A stretch of DNA of 64,000 nucleotides, from contig JADCGL010000009.1 in NCBI GenBank assembly GCA_020248985.1, positions 22,552-86,551 of the forward strand, written 5' to 3'. The notes below the pieces were generated by a model. It searched no databases, had not been told where the DNA came from, and saw only the letters and a list, made by a program, of their open reading frames with translations. The stretch comes from Telmatospirillum sp. Its GTDB lineage: Bacteria > Pseudomonadota > Alphaproteobacteria > CACIAM-22H2. The position numbers were made by a program, and so were the translations under genes. Of this stretch, positions 38,867-48,892 are shown in pieces (the stretch's first letter is position 1; every line of letters begins with the position of its first letter).

Positions 38867-39606
38867 GGGGCCGGGCTTGCGAGTTGCGGCAGCGTGCCCG
38901 CGATCTCGCGCACCAGCTTCGAGAGAATGGCGCTTGTGAAATTGGCGAAGGATTCGGCCGGGATTACAAAAGCGCCAGGGCCGCCGATAACCTCTTCGCG
39001 GTAATGCTCTTCGAGCCCTTCTTCGGCAGGGCGGCCAAAATTCTCGTTTCCGCTCAGGATCGGAAGACCGTTGATCGTAATGCCTTTGGCCACGGCCGCG
39101 TCACGCGCGTCGCGCGCCGGGCGGCCGTGGTTGTTGCGGCCGTCGCCCGACACGTCGATCACCAATCGCGTGCCTTCGTAGCCGTTGTCGTCGAACAGGC
39201 GTGCCGAAAAGTCGATCGCCCCGCTGATCGAGGTGCGGCTCGCTGCCTGCTGCGGAACGGCCGCAATGCGCGCGATGAAACTCTCAATGCTGGCGGCGTC
39301 GCGCAGCACGGTCCAATCGGCGACCACGCGCTGGTAGAAGCTACCGGCCCATTCGATGTAGGTCACCGCAATGGCGCGATGCGGGCCCGATGAGACGGCC
39401 TGCAGCACGCGCGGATGGCGCAGGGCCGTGAAATAGCCCTCGCGCTGCAGCCGCGCTTCGTCGGCGTCCACGCTGTAGGACACGTCGACCGCCAGCACGA
39501 GTTCGAGATCGACAGGTACGGCAAAAGCGGGATGCCGCGGCCCCGCAAAGACCACCAACAGAACCGTCAAACCAAGCAGCGCGCGTCGCATCGAACTTCT
39601 CCGCAT
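38863..39606 (-). CDS. DUF1194 (vWA-like) protein with an N-terminal signal peptide
   Basis: Signal MRRSSMRRALLGLTVLLVVFAG..AFA. VDLELVLAVDVSYSVD (MIDAS-like DxSxS), LQREGY, IAVTYIEWAG, VIDVSGDG.NN and GITINGLPI, as remembered for DUF1194. Confidence 0.65.
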   Translation of the reverse strand: MRRSSMRRALLGLTVLLVVFAGPRHPAFAVPVDLELVLAVDVSYSVDADEARLQREGYFTALRHPRVLQAVSSGPHRAIAVTYIEWAGSFYQRVVADWTVLRDAASIESFIARIAAVPQQAASRTSISGAIDFSARLFDDNGYEGTRLVIDVSGDGRNNHGRPARDARDAAVAKGITINGLPILSGNENFGRPAEEGLEEHYREEVIGGPGAFVIPAESFANFTSAILSKLVREIAGTLPQLASPAP

Positions 39607-39627
39607 GCGGCGCCCGCAAGATGGCCA

Positions 39628-40605
39628 TCAGGCCGGGCGCCAGGGCTCCACAAAATCGCCGGGCCCGAGCACGCGGTGCGGCGGCTCGTCGGGCATTGGC
39701 GGGTAGGCGTCGAACGCATCGCTGCCCGATTGATAGCCGTGCCCCTGCATGCCGTGGTTCGGCTGCGGGGCGGCTTGCGCCAATGCGCGCAACGCCATCG
39801 CTTCGAAGCCGCGCTCGGTCTTCACATAGTCGATCTCGACAGACATGCCGGCACTCTGCGGACCGGCAAGACCGGCAGCTTCGAGCACGCGTGCAGGAAG
39901 ATAGATGTCGCGCCCGAGATCGGCGTCGGGGGCGGCAAAGCCGAAACCCTTTTGCGCGTTGAAGAACTTCACGACCGCCGTCACGGTTTGATGGCCGCTC
40001 GGCGGTGCGCGCTTGATCTCGGTCTGCGGTTTCCAGCCGACGCGTTCGAGATTGGCCTGCGTCGCCTCGGTGCCCAGACGGCGCAGTTCCTGACAGGCGA
40101 AGCCTTTGGCGACGGGCACGATCATCAGATCGGCGTCGAGACCGGGCTTCAGATCGCGCGACAGGCTGGGATCGAGCCGGTTGCTGTGCACGAACACTTC
40201 GCGCCCATCGTCGAGCAGGATGAAGCCGAATCCCTTGGCGTGGTTGAACCATTTGACGATGCCGTGCACCGGCCCTTCGGCCGACGGGCGCGGCGGCGGC
40301 GCACTTGGGACGGCAGCTTGCGGCGAATCGTAGAGCGGCACGGCCGGCGAATACATGCTCGGCTGCGGCGCGGCCCAGGCGGCGGAGGCTGTAGACGGCG
40401 CGGCCGGCTGCGGCACTAGCGTGTGTGGGGTGGCAGGCTGCGGGGCCGGCGCTTGCGGCGCTGCGGCACGCGGTGCCCTTGCGGCCGGCGTCGGAGCTGC
40501 CGCTGGCGCAGTGCCGCTCGTTGTGCGCGGCGGGCGCATCAGGAAGGCCGGTTGGAAATCGCTGTCGGACGGGGCGGACTCGTTACGCGTCGTTCTTTTG
40601 GTCAT
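39628..40605 (-). CDS. Cold-shock-domain protein with two CSDs and a long Pro/Ala-rich N-terminal extension
   Basis: CSD1 is GIVKWFNHAKGFGFILLDDGREVFVH. CSD2 is AVVKFFNAQKGFGFAAPDADLGRDIYL. The frame stays open with G/C-rich third positions back to the ATG at 40605. Alternative ATGs lie at codons 23 and 84. Confidence 0.8.
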   Translation of the reverse strand: MTKRTTRNESAPSDSDFQPAFLMRPPRTTSGTAPAAAPTPAARAPRAAAPQAPAPQPATPHTLVPQPAAPSTASAAWAAPQPSMYSPAVPLYDSPQAAVPSAPPPRPSAEGPVHGIVKWFNHAKGFGFILLDDGREVFVHSNRLDPSLSRDLKPGLDADLMIVPVAKGFACQELRRLGTEATQANLERVGWKPQTEIKRAPPSGHQTVTAVVKFFNAQKGFGFAAPDADLGRDIYLPARVLEAAGLAGPQSAGMSVEIDYVKTERGFEAMALRALAQAAPQPNHGMQGHGYQSGSDAFDAYPPMPDEPPHRVLGPGDFVEPWRPA

Positions 40606-40759
40606 TTAAGCCGTCGAAATTTTCTGAGGAACACGGGAAATGGGAAAGATCAACTTCAACTTCTTTCAAAATGCCATCAACGCGGCCGGAATTCAATTGA
40701 TTTGACCTGTTTGGCTCGCTTGGGCATTTTGCCTGCCTCCAAGCCCTTTTGCCGATGCA

Positions 40760-41935
40760 GTGCCGCCCTTGAACCCGATTTTCGCCAATCTATCGACGTC
40801 GATTTTCGAAGAGATGTCGCTGCTCGCGCGTCAGCACGCTGCGATCAATCTGGGCCAGGGTTTCCCCGACGATCCGGGCCCGGCCGACGTGCGCCAGAAA
40901 GCGGCCCAGGCCGTGGTCGAAGGGTGGAACCAATATCCGCCCATGATGGGCCTGCCAGAGCTGCGCAGCGCCATCGCTGCCCACTACGCCGCCCACCAGA
41001 ATCTCGAGCTCGATCCCGAGCGCGAGACGATGGTGACCTCAGGGGCGACCGAAGCCATCGCGGGCGCCTTGCTCGCGTGCATTGCGCCCGGCGACGAGGT
41101 GGTGCTCTTCGAGCCCGCCTACGACGCCTATCTGCCGCTCGTGAAGCGTGCGGGCGGCGTGCCGAAGTTCGTGAAGCTGCGCCCGCCCGACTGGCGCTTC
41201 GATTTGGCGCAGCTCAAGGCCGCGATCGGCCCGCGCACGCGCGCCGTGCTTTTCAACAATCCGCTGAACCCGGCGGGCTGCGTTTACGACGCGGCCGATC
41301 TTGCCGTCCTTGCCAAAGCACTCGAGGGCACGGACGCGATCGTGATCGCCGACGAAGTATGGGAGCATGTGCTGTTCGACGGGCGCAAGCACGTGTCCGT
41401 GCTGGCCGTGCCCGAATTGCGGACGCGCAGCATCAAGATCGGTTCGGCTGGCAAGATCTTCAATCTGACCGGCTGGAAGGTGGGCTTTGTCGTCGCGGAA
41501 CCTTCGTTGCTGAAGGTACTCGCCAAAGCGCACCAATACATCACCTTCACCACGCCGCCCAATCTGCAGAGTGCGGTCGCCTACGGGCTTGCCAAACCGG
41601 CCGCGCATTTCGACGCGATGCGTGACGACCTGCAGGCACGGCGCGACCATCTTGCGAATGGCCTGACCCAGGCCGGGTTCGCCGTGCTGCCGAGTGCGGC
41701 GACCTATTTCCTCAATGTCGATCTGGGGCCGATGGGGCTCGACGACGATGCCGCCTTCTGCCGCCGCATGGTGGCTGAGGCAGGCGTGGCGGCCATCCCG
41801 GTTTCGGCCTTCTATGCCGATGCCGGCATGCGCAGCACGATCCGCTTCTGCTTCGCCAAAAAATACGAAACGCTCGACGCGGCTGTGTCGCGGCTTGTCG
41901 ACAATGCGAGCCGGCTGCTGGCGGCACGCGCGTGA
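40760..41935 (+). CDS. Class I/II pyridoxal-phosphate aminotransferase (YbdL/methionine aminotransferase-like)
   Basis: GTG start. INLGQGFPD, Y....G...LR, NPLNP.G and the PLP-lysine region SAGKIFNLTGWKVGF. Confidence 0.85.
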   Translation: MPPLNPIFANLSTSIFEEMSLLARQHAAINLGQGFPDDPGPADVRQKAAQAVVEGWNQYPPMMGLPELRSAIAAHYAAHQNLELDPERETMVTSGATEAIAGALLACIAPGDEVVLFEPAYDAYLPLVKRAGGVPKFVKLRPPDWRFDLAQLKAAIGPRTRAVLFNNPLNPAGCVYDAADLAVLAKALEGTDAIVIADEVWEHVLFDGRKHVSVLAVPELRTRSIKIGSAGKIFNLTGWKVGFVVAEPSLLKVLAKAHQYITFTTPPNLQSAVAYGLAKPAAHFDAMRDDLQARRDHLANGLTQAGFAVLPSAATYFLNVDLGPMGLDDDAAFCRRMVAEAGVAAIPVSAFYADAGMRSTIRFCFAKKYETLDAAVSRLVDNASRLLAARA

Positions 41936-43143
41936 CCGCGCAGAAGCTCGACGGAGCGCAAAGCTGGCGACGACTTGCTCTTGCGATCGCGCTCTCGACG
42001 CTCGGCTGCATCGGCATGTGGTCGGTCATTGTTGTGCTTCCCCAAGTGCAGGCCGAGTTCGACGCCAGCCGTGCCGACGTGTCGCTCGCCTACACGGCGA
42101 CGATGATGGGGTTTGCCGGCGGCGGCATCGTCATGGGGCGGCTGTGCGACCGCTACGGTACGATGCTGCCGGTGCTTGGCGGCACGGTCGTGATGGCGGC
42201 GGGCTATTTTCTGGCGGGTTTTGCCGACAACCTCGTCGTCTTTGCGCTGCTGCACGGAATCGCGATCGCTGGCCTCGGCAGTTCGGCCATGTTCGGGCCG
42301 CTGATGGCCGACATCTCGCGCTGGTTCGACCGGCGGCGCGGCATTGCCGTGTCGCTGTGCGCGAGCGGCAACTATCTGGCGGGTGCGATCTGGCCGCCCG
42401 CGATGCAGCCCTTTCTCGATACACTCGGCTGGCGGCAAACCTATATCGGCATCGGCGTGCTCGTACTGGCGACGATGCTGCCGCTCGCCCTGATGCTGCG
42501 CGCCAAACCGCCTGTTGCCGCAGGCGAGACCGCCGGCGCAAACGTGGCGCAGCCGCAGCTCCGCCTGGGCCTGTCCAGCGGCACGATCCAGACCTTGCTC
42601 GTGGCCGCGGGTGTTTCGTGCTGCGTAGCCATGGCGATGCCGCAGGTCCATATCGTCGCCTATTGCGCCGATCTCGGCTACGGGGCGGCGCGCGGGGCCG
42701 AGATGCTTTCGCTGATGCTGGCTTGCGGCATTGCGAGCCGCATTGGCTCGGGCCTGCTCGCCGACCGCATCGGCGGCTTTGCCACGTTGCTGCTCGGCTC
42801 GTTTCTGCAGATGGCGGCCCTTGCCCTATATCTGTTTTTCGACGGGCTCGCCTCGCTCTTCGCGATCTCGGCGCTGTTTGGCCTGTTCCAGGGCGGCATC
42901 GTGCCGAGCTATGCGCTTGTGGTGCGCGCGATCTACCCGGCCTCGGAAGCGGGCATGCGGGTCGGCATCGTTTTGATGGCGACCCTCGTGGGCATGGCCT
43001 TGGGCGGCTGGCTCTCGGGCGCCATCTTCGACTGGACCGGCAGCTACGCGATGGCGTTCGTCAATGGTGTGGCGTGGAACTTCCTCAATGTCGCGATCAT
43101 CGCGGGCCTGATGTGGCGCGCGCGCCGTCTCAGCCGCCTCTAG
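41932..43143 (+). CDS. MFS transporter
   Basis: 403 aa, about 12 hydrophobic segments, and the MFS loop motif GRLCDRYG. The GTG at 41932 overlaps the upstream stop as GTGA. Confidence 0.8.
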   Translation: MTAQKLDGAQSWRRLALAIALSTLGCIGMWSVIVVLPQVQAEFDASRADVSLAYTATMMGFAGGGIVMGRLCDRYGTMLPVLGGTVVMAAGYFLAGFADNLVVFALLHGIAIAGLGSSAMFGPLMADISRWFDRRRGIAVSLCASGNYLAGAIWPPAMQPFLDTLGWRQTYIGIGVLVLATMLPLALMLRAKPPVAAGETAGANVAQPQLRLGLSSGTIQTLLVAAGVSCCVAMAMPQVHIVAYCADLGYGAARGAEMLSLMLACGIASRIGSGLLADRIGGFATLLLGSFLQMAALALYLFFDGLASLFAISALFGLFQGGIVPSYALVVRAIYPASEAGMRVGIVLMATLVGMALGGWLSGAIFDWTGSYAMAFVNGVAWNFLNVAIIAGLMWRARRLSRL

Positions 43144-43570
43144 GGCGCGGCTGCGGGCGCCAATCGGGCGGGGCAAGTTCGAAGCCGTCGAACGCAAAGG
43201 CCGGGCCCACGGTGCAGCCCACGAGCGTCCAAGCGCCCAAGCTCGTCGCAGTCTGCCACACACCCGCATCGACGGTTATTTGCGGGCGCTGGCCGCCGAG
43301 AATTTCGGGACCGAGGATCTTGGCCTCCGCATCGTGGCCGTTGGCCGAAAGCGTGAGCACCAAAGGTGCGCCCGCATACCAATGCCAGATCTCCGCCGCA
43401 TCGACGCGATGCCAGTGCGAGAACTCGCCCGCGGCCAGCAGATAATAGATCGCCGTCATGGCACCGCGCCCGCCCGCCGGATCGACATGGCGGAAGGTCT
43501 CGCGATAATGGCCGCCCTCGGGATGCGGGCGCAAATCGAGGGCGGCGATGATCGAAGCAGCGCTGTCCAA
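43130..43570 (-). CDS. Cupin-fold protein (DUF985)
   Basis: L.L.PHPEGG.YRETF, IYYLL...FS.WHRV...EIWHWY.G and G.WQ....G.WTLVGCTV.P.F.F..FE. Confidence 0.75.
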   Translation of the reverse strand: MDSAASIIAALDLRPHPEGGHYRETFRHVDPAGGRGAMTAIYYLLAAGEFSHWHRVDAAEIWHWYAGAPLVLTLSANGHDAEAKILGPEILGGQRPQITVDAGVWQTATSLGAWTLVGCTVGPAFAFDGFELAPPDWRPQPRPRGG

Positions 43571-43573
43571 GCT

Positions 43574-44185
43574 TCACGCCACCGGCATCGTGGCGGCGAC
43601 CGACGGACGGCTTGCGATCTTCTGCATCCAAGCGGCAAGCTTCGGGCGCCCGGCAAACGCGTCGCCCACGACCGCGCGCAATTGCAGCCAGCCCAACGCC
43701 GAAATGACGGCGATCTGGCCGATGCCGAATTCGCCGTCGAGCAGGGCCGCATCGCGCTCGAGCTGGTCGAGCCCTTGCTGCACCTTGGCGGTCTGGCCGT
43801 CGATCCATTCTTTCCAGCGCAGCGCTTCCGGGCGCAGGAAGCTTTCGTAGCGCACGAGGATGCCCGCATCGGCAACGCCGTCGGCCAAGGCTTCGATGCG
43901 CAACGCCTGCCAGCGCGCCCCGCCCGCCTCGGGGATGATCTTGCGCCCGCCATGCAGCGAGTCGAGATAGGCGCAGATCACGCGGCTGTCGTAGAGCGCT
44001 TCGCCGCCGTCGGTCCACAGGGTCGGCACCTTCATCAGCGGATTGTCGCGGCCCAGATCGCGGTTGGGCTGGTCGGGCCGCACGCTGGTGGCGACTTTTT
44101 CGATACGGTCGGCCAGTCCGCATTCGTGTGCTGTGAGCATGACTTTGCGGGCGTAGGGGCTGGCACCGCTGAAGGCGAGTTTCAT
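43574..44185 (-). CDS. Glutathione S-transferase family protein
   Basis: Trimmed to the ATG at 44185, with GGAG 8 nt upstream. N-terminal thioredoxin-like part (SPYARKV......NPL.KVPTL) and a helical C-terminal domain. Confidence 0.75.
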   Translation of the reverse strand: MKLAFSGASPYARKVMLTAHECGLADRIEKVATSVRPDQPNRDLGRDNPLMKVPTLWTDGGEALYDSRVICAYLDSLHGGRKIIPEAGGARWQALRIEALADGVADAGILVRYESFLRPEALRWKEWIDGQTAKVQQGLDQLERDAALLDGEFGIGQIAVISALGWLQLRAVVGDAFAGRPKLAAWMQKIASRPSVAATMPVA

Positions 44186-44260
44186 GGGAACTCCGTTTTC
44201 TTGGATCGGCGAAAAGCACCCGAGCTTAGGCGTTTGCGTCTGCGGCTTCAACGATGGGCC

Positions 44261-46084
44261 TTAAGGCGTGCGCGGCCGTCCGCGCAGGCTGCGCCACGCA
44301 TTGCCCAAGCGCTGCAGGGCGCGCAACACCGGCAGGCGCTCGTCGGGTGCTTCAAGCTCAAGCCCGACCTTGGTCGCCCGGCCGCGCGCGATCGCACCCA
44401 CGACGAGTTCGACCGGTCCCAGTGCAACGCGGTCGCCCGGGATGGCGTCGGGCCCCAGCCGCTCGGCCAGGAAATCGGCGAGCGTCTGCTCGGCATTGGG
44501 CGCTTCGAACGGCACGCCGTATTGCGCGCACAGCACGCCGAGCTTCACATCGCCCGAAAACACGAACTCGCCCATGTCGTCGATATTCTTGCGCCGCACG
44601 GGGCGCGGGGCGAACAGCCGGTCGAGATCGATCGACTGCTCGGGCGGCACGAGGGCGATGATCTGGTCGCCGACGCTGAGCCGCTTGAGCTCCTGGCGAT
44701 TGAGCAGCGTGCCCGCGCGGATCACCGCGATGATGCGCGCGCGCCGCGGCAGCGGCAATTCGGCGAAGGGCCGGTCGAGAGCCGGGCTATGCTCGGCCAC
44801 GCGCCAGCTTGCCGCGTCGCGATCCGCCACCAGCGGCAGGTCGATGTCGGTGCGCTCGGTCTTGTCGATTTGCGGCGGCAAAGCGAGCCCCAGAAAGCGT
44901 GCGGCAATGCCTACGGTCCAACCTTGCACGACGAGCGATACGAGCACCACGACGAAGGCGACGTTGAAAAACACCTCGGCGTCGCGCACGCCCGCAATGA
45001 CTGGGATCGAGGCGAGGAAAATCGGAACGGCCCCGCGCAAGCCCACCCACGAGATGAAGGCTTTTTCGCGCCAGTCGAATTTGGCGGGCAGCAGGCACAA
45101 AAACACCGCCGCCGGGCGTGCGACCAGCACCAGCACCACGGCGATCGCGATCTCCGCCCCGACATGCTGCAGCAGCTTCGACGGTGTCACGAGCAGCCCC
45201 AGCATCAGGAACATCACAATCTGCGCAATCCAGGCGAGCCCGTCGTGGAAGCGCAGGATCGTCGCCTGCGCACGATGGCGTCGATTGCCGAGCACCAGGC
45301 CGGCGAGATAGACCGCCAGAAAGCCCGACGCGTCGAGCGACTGCGCGGCCGCAAAGATCGACACGGCGAAGGCCGCGCACAAAACCGGATAAAGCCCGCC
45401 GGCAAGCTCGGCGCGATTGACGAGCCAGACCAGCACGAACCCGCCAGCGATGCCGATGGCCGCGCCGCCCAGCATTTGCTTGGCGAAGAACAGGCCAAGC
45501 GTCCAGTCGAGCGGGGCGGGATGAAGCAGATATTCGACGCAAGCGATCGTGAGGAACACCGCCATCGGATCGTTGAGGCCGCTTTCGACCTCGAGCGTGG
45601 CCGACACGCGCTTGTTGATTTCGGTGCCGCGCATGTTCAGCAGCAGGAAGACCGCCGCCGCATCGGTCGAAGCGACGACCGCCCCCACCAGAAACGCTTC
45701 AACGGGCGACATCGACAGCGTGAAAAACGCCACCCCGCCGACGATCGTCGCGGTTATCGCCACACCGGCCGTCGCCAAGACGAAGGCCGGCTTTGCCGCC
45801 AGCCTTATCGTCTGGCGCGATGTGCGCAAGGCGCCGTCGAACAGAATGACCGCAAGGGCGACCGAGCCGACGAGGTAGGTGAGCTTGAAATCGCCGAACT
45901 GGATGCCGCCCGGCCCGTCTTCGCCCGCGAGCATGCCGAGACCGAGAAAAACGAGCAGCAAGGGTGCGCCCAGACGCGACGAGAACATGCCGGCCAGGAT
46001 GCTGAGCACGACCAGGAATCCGCCCAACAAGATCGCTTGGTTGATCTGCTCCACGCCTTCGTCCCCTCTTGCCTCCCCCCACAT
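44261..46084 (-). CDS. K+/H+ (cation:proton) antiporter, CPA1 NhaP2/CvrA type, with a C-terminal TrkA-C/RCK_C domain
   Basis: I trimmed the track ORF 44261..46621. Start is either the ATG at 46084 or the GTG at 46054 (VEQINQAILLGGFLVVLSILAGMFSSRLGAPLLLVFLGLGMLAGEDG). About 12 TM segments, then the RARIIAVIRAG......L..GD.IIALV region. Confidence 0.85.
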   Translation of the reverse strand: MWGEARGDEGVEQINQAILLGGFLVVLSILAGMFSSRLGAPLLLVFLGLGMLAGEDGPGGIQFGDFKLTYLVGSVALAVILFDGALRTSRQTIRLAAKPAFVLATAGVAITATIVGGVAFFTLSMSPVEAFLVGAVVASTDAAAVFLLLNMRGTEINKRVSATLEVESGLNDPMAVFLTIACVEYLLHPAPLDWTLGLFFAKQMLGGAAIGIAGGFVLVWLVNRAELAGGLYPVLCAAFAVSIFAAAQSLDASGFLAVYLAGLVLGNRRHRAQATILRFHDGLAWIAQIVMFLMLGLLVTPSKLLQHVGAEIAIAVVLVLVARPAAVFLCLLPAKFDWREKAFISWVGLRGAVPIFLASIPVIAGVRDAEVFFNVAFVVVLVSLVVQGWTVGIAARFLGLALPPQIDKTERTDIDLPLVADRDAASWRVAEHSPALDRPFAELPLPRRARIIAVIRAGTLLNRQELKRLSVGDQIIALVPPEQSIDLDRLFAPRPVRRKNIDDMGEFVFSGDVKLGVLCAQYGVPFEAPNAEQTLADFLAERLGPDAIPGDRVALGPVELVVGAIARGRATKVGLELEAPDERLPVLRALQRLGNAWRSLRGRPRTP

Positions 46085-46168
46085 CCTAGACGCGATTGCG
46101 GCAGAATTGGGAGCCGTCTTGATCCGGCACTTGCCCTTGCGAGGCTGGCGGCGGAAACTGCCGCCGTC

Positions 46169-46894
46169 ATGTGGTCCGACGTCGTCGATTTGCGCGATTT
46201 TTACGCAAGCCCCCTCGGCCGCACCGCGCGCCGACTCATCGACGCGCGCCTGCAGGAGATTTGGCCCGACGCGGCCGGCCAAGCCGTGCTCGGGCTCGGT
46301 TATGCCGTGCCCTATCTGCGCAATTGGCGCGGCAATGCCGCACGCTGCTTGGCCATGATGCCGGCCCCGCAGGGCGTGCTGCATTGGCCGCCCGAAGGGC
46401 CCAACGCCACAAGCCTCGTCGAGGAAGAAGCCTTGCCGCTGCCCGACATGTCGGTCGACCGCGTTCTGCTCGTGCATGCGGTCGAGCATGCGGAATCGCT
46501 GCGGCCGTTTTTGCGCGAGGTGTGGCGCGTGCTGTCGGGAAGCGGGCGCGTGCTGATCGTGGTGCCCAATCGGCGCGGCATCTGGGCACGGCTCGACCAC
46601 ACGCCGTTCGGGCACGGGCACCCTTACACGTCGGGCCAGCTGCAGCGCCTGCTGCGCGACAATCTGTTCGTGCCGCAGCAGACGCGCAATTGCCTGTTCG
46701 TGCCGCCGCTGTCGGGAAGCCTGTGGCTGTCCTCGGCGCGCGCGTGGGAACGCGTGGGTACAAAGCTGTTTCCGGCCCTTGCCGGCGTGACGATCGTCGA
46801 AGCCAGCAAAACGCTCTATGCGCCGGCGCCTACGCGCGTGCGCGCCCGTGCGCGCGCCGTACCCGCCGCCGCCGAGCTTGCGCGCATGCGATGA
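46169..46894 (+). CDS. Class I SAM-dependent methyltransferase (Methyltransf_11-like)
   Basis: Only the last 726 nt of track ORF 43280..46894 is credible. The ATG is at 46169. Contains VDRVLLVHAVEHAE....LREVWRVL...GRVLIVVPN. Confidence 0.65.
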   Translation: MWSDVVDLRDFYASPLGRTARRLIDARLQEIWPDAAGQAVLGLGYAVPYLRNWRGNAARCLAMMPAPQGVLHWPPEGPNATSLVEEEALPLPDMSVDRVLLVHAVEHAESLRPFLREVWRVLSGSGRVLIVVPNRRGIWARLDHTPFGHGHPYTSGQLQRLLRDNLFVPQQTRNCLFVPPLSGSLWLSSARAWERVGTKLFPALAGVTIVEASKTLYAPAPTRVRARARAVPAAAELARMR

Positions 46895-47778
46895 TCGTTG
46901 AACCGGCCCCGGCCAAGCTCAATCTCAGCCTGCAGATCGTCGGCCGACGTACCGACGGCTACCATCTGCTCGACGGGCTCGTCGCCTTCGCCGATATCGG
47001 CGACGTCCTAATGGCCGAAGCGGCCGAGACAACCCACCTTGCGATCGAAGGCCCGTTTGCGACCGGTCTTTCGGCAGGGCCCGACAATCTCGTGCAGCGC
47101 GCCGCCGCGACTTTGACAGCAGCGGCAGCAGCCGCGCCTGGGGCCGCCTTGCGACTCGTCAAGAACTTGCCGGTCGCAAGCGGCATTGGCGGCGGCTCGG
47201 CCGATGCCGCCGCCGCGTTGCGCGCCCTGCAAAGGCTTTGGGGCATCGACCTGCCGGCGAACCACCTGCATGCGATCGCCGCAAGCTTGGGTGCGGACGT
47301 GCCGATGTGCCTTTCGAGCGAGCCGTGCTGGATCGCCGGCATTGGCGACATCCTCGCGCCGCTGCCCGATTTGCCCGAAGCCGGGCTGATCCTCGCCAAT
47401 CCAGGCGTTCCGCTCGCCACACCTGCGGTCTTCAAACTCCGCAGCGGCAGCTTTTCCGTGCCCAAACGCTTCGATATTCCGGCAACGGCTGCAGCCTTGG
47501 CGCACAGCCTCGCCGCGACCGACAACGACCTCACCGAGGCCGCCGAAGCCTGTGTGCCCGAGATTGCGGCGTTGCGCCGCCATCTTGCAGGCCTGCCGGG
47601 CGCGTTACTGGCGCGCATGTCCGGCAGCGGGGCCACGTGCTTTGCGCTGTTCGCCAGCCGGGCGGCGGCCGAGGCGGCGCTATCCCCCCTCAAGGCCGCG
47701 ATTCCGGCCGGCTGGTGGGCCGCCGCCGGGGGGTGGCATAAGGGGTCTGCAAGCGCCGTTGTCGCCCGCCATCCTTGA
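46891..47778 (+). CDS. ispE: 4-(cytidine 5'-diphospho)-2-C-methyl-D-erythritol kinase
   Basis: The ATG at 46891 overlaps the upstream stop as [26 protein letters not shown] and the GHMP motif [15 protein letters not shown]. Confidence 0.92.
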   Translation: MIVEPAPAKLNLSLQIVGRRTDGYHLLDGLVAFADIGDVLMAEAAETTHLAIEGPFATGLSAGPDNLVQRAAATLTAAAAAAPGAALRLVKNLPVASGIGGGSADAAAALRALQRLWGIDLPANHLHAIAASLGADVPMCLSSEPCWIAGIGDILAPLPDLPEAGLILANPGVPLATPAVFKLRSGSFSVPKRFDIPATAAALAHSLAATDNDLTEAAEACVPEIAALRRHLAGLPGALLARMSGSGATCFALFASRAAAEAALSPLKAAIPAGWWAAAGGWHKGSASAVVARHP

Positions 47779-47821
47779 TGCTAAACCCCTCCCCTCACAC
47801 GTATCTTTGCTGGAAAAAATC

Positions 47822-48892
47822 ATGTCGAAACCCGTGGCACTCATTACCGGGATCACCGGCCAAGACGGCGCCTATCTGGCCGAATTGCTGCTGCAGAAGG
47901 GCTATGTCGTCCATGGCGTGAAGCGCCGTTCGTCGTCGTTCAACACCGCGCGCGTCGACCATCTCTATGCCGACCGCCATGAGCACGGCGTTCGGTTTTT
48001 TATGCATTACGGCGACCTCACGGACGCCACGAACCTGATCCGCCTGGTCCAGCAAACCCAGCCGACCGAGATCTACAATCTCGCGGCCCAGAGCCACGTG
48101 GCGGTGAGCTTCGAAACGCCCGAATACACCGCCAATTCCGACGGCATCGGCACGCTGCGCCTGCTCGAGGCGATCCGCATCCTCGGCATGGAAAAGACCG
48201 CGCGCTTCTACCAAGCGAGCACGTCCGAGCTTTACGGCCTCGTGCAGGAGCGCCCGCAGAAGGAGACGACCCCCTTCCGCCCGCGCAGCCCCTACGCCGC
48301 CGCCAAGCTCTATGCCTACTGGATCACGGTCAATTACCGCGAAGCCTACGGCATGCACGCCTCGAACGGCATTCTGTTCAACCACGAAGGCCCGACGCGC
48401 GGCGAAACCTTCGTCACGCGCAAGATCTCGCGCGCGGTCGCCGCCATCAAGCTCGGCTTCCAGAAGAAGCTCTATCTCGGCAATATCGACAGCTACCGCG
48501 ACTGGGGCCATGCGCGCGACTACGTCGAAGGCATGTGGCTGATGCTGCAGCAACCCGAGCCCGACGACTACGTGCTCGCGACCGGCGAAACCCAGACCGT
48601 GCGCGAGTTCGTGAATATCGCGTTCGCCCAGGTCGGCCGCCCCATCGAATGGCGCGGCAAGGGTGTCGACGAACAGGGCGTGGATGCCAAGACCGGCGAG
48701 GTCCTCGTCGAAATCGATCCGCGCTATTTCCGGCCGACGGAAGTCGATTTCCTGCTCGGCGACCCGACCAAGGCACGCACGAAGCTTGGCTGGAAGCACA
48801 AAATCGGCTTCAAGCAGCTGGTCGAAGAAATGGTCGCCTCGGACCTCAAACTTGTCGAGCGCGAGAGCCACCGCAATGACCGCAACGCCTGA
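47822..48892 (+). CDS. gmd: GDP-mannose 4,6-dehydratase
   Basis: [55 protein letters not shown] and [12 protein letters not shown]. Confidence 0.95.
   Translation: MSKPVALITGITGQDGAYLAELLLQKGYVVHGVKRRSSSFNTARVDHLYADRHEHGVRFFMHYGDLTDATNLIRLVQQTQPTEIYNLAAQSHVAVSFETPEYTANSDGIGTLRLLEAIRILGMEKTARFYQASTSELYGLVQERPQKETTPFRPRSPYAAAKLYAYWITVNYREAYGMHASNGILFNHEGPTRGETFVTRKISRAVAAIKLGFQKKLYLGNIDSYRDWGHARDYVEGMWLMLQQPEPDDYVLATGETQTVREFVNIAFAQVGRPIEWRGKGVDEQGVDAKTGEVLVEIDPRYFRPTEVDFLLGDPTKARTKLGWKHKIGFKQLVEEMVASDLKLVERESHRNDRNA

Noticed and set aside
43280-46168. The first ~2.9 kb of the 1,204-aa plus-strand ORF 43280..46894
   Set aside because: It is antisense to the cupin, GST and K+/H+ antiporter genes, is Arg/His/Asp-rich, and has no recognisable motifs. 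Only the last 726 nt (the methyltransferase from the ATG at 46169) look real.
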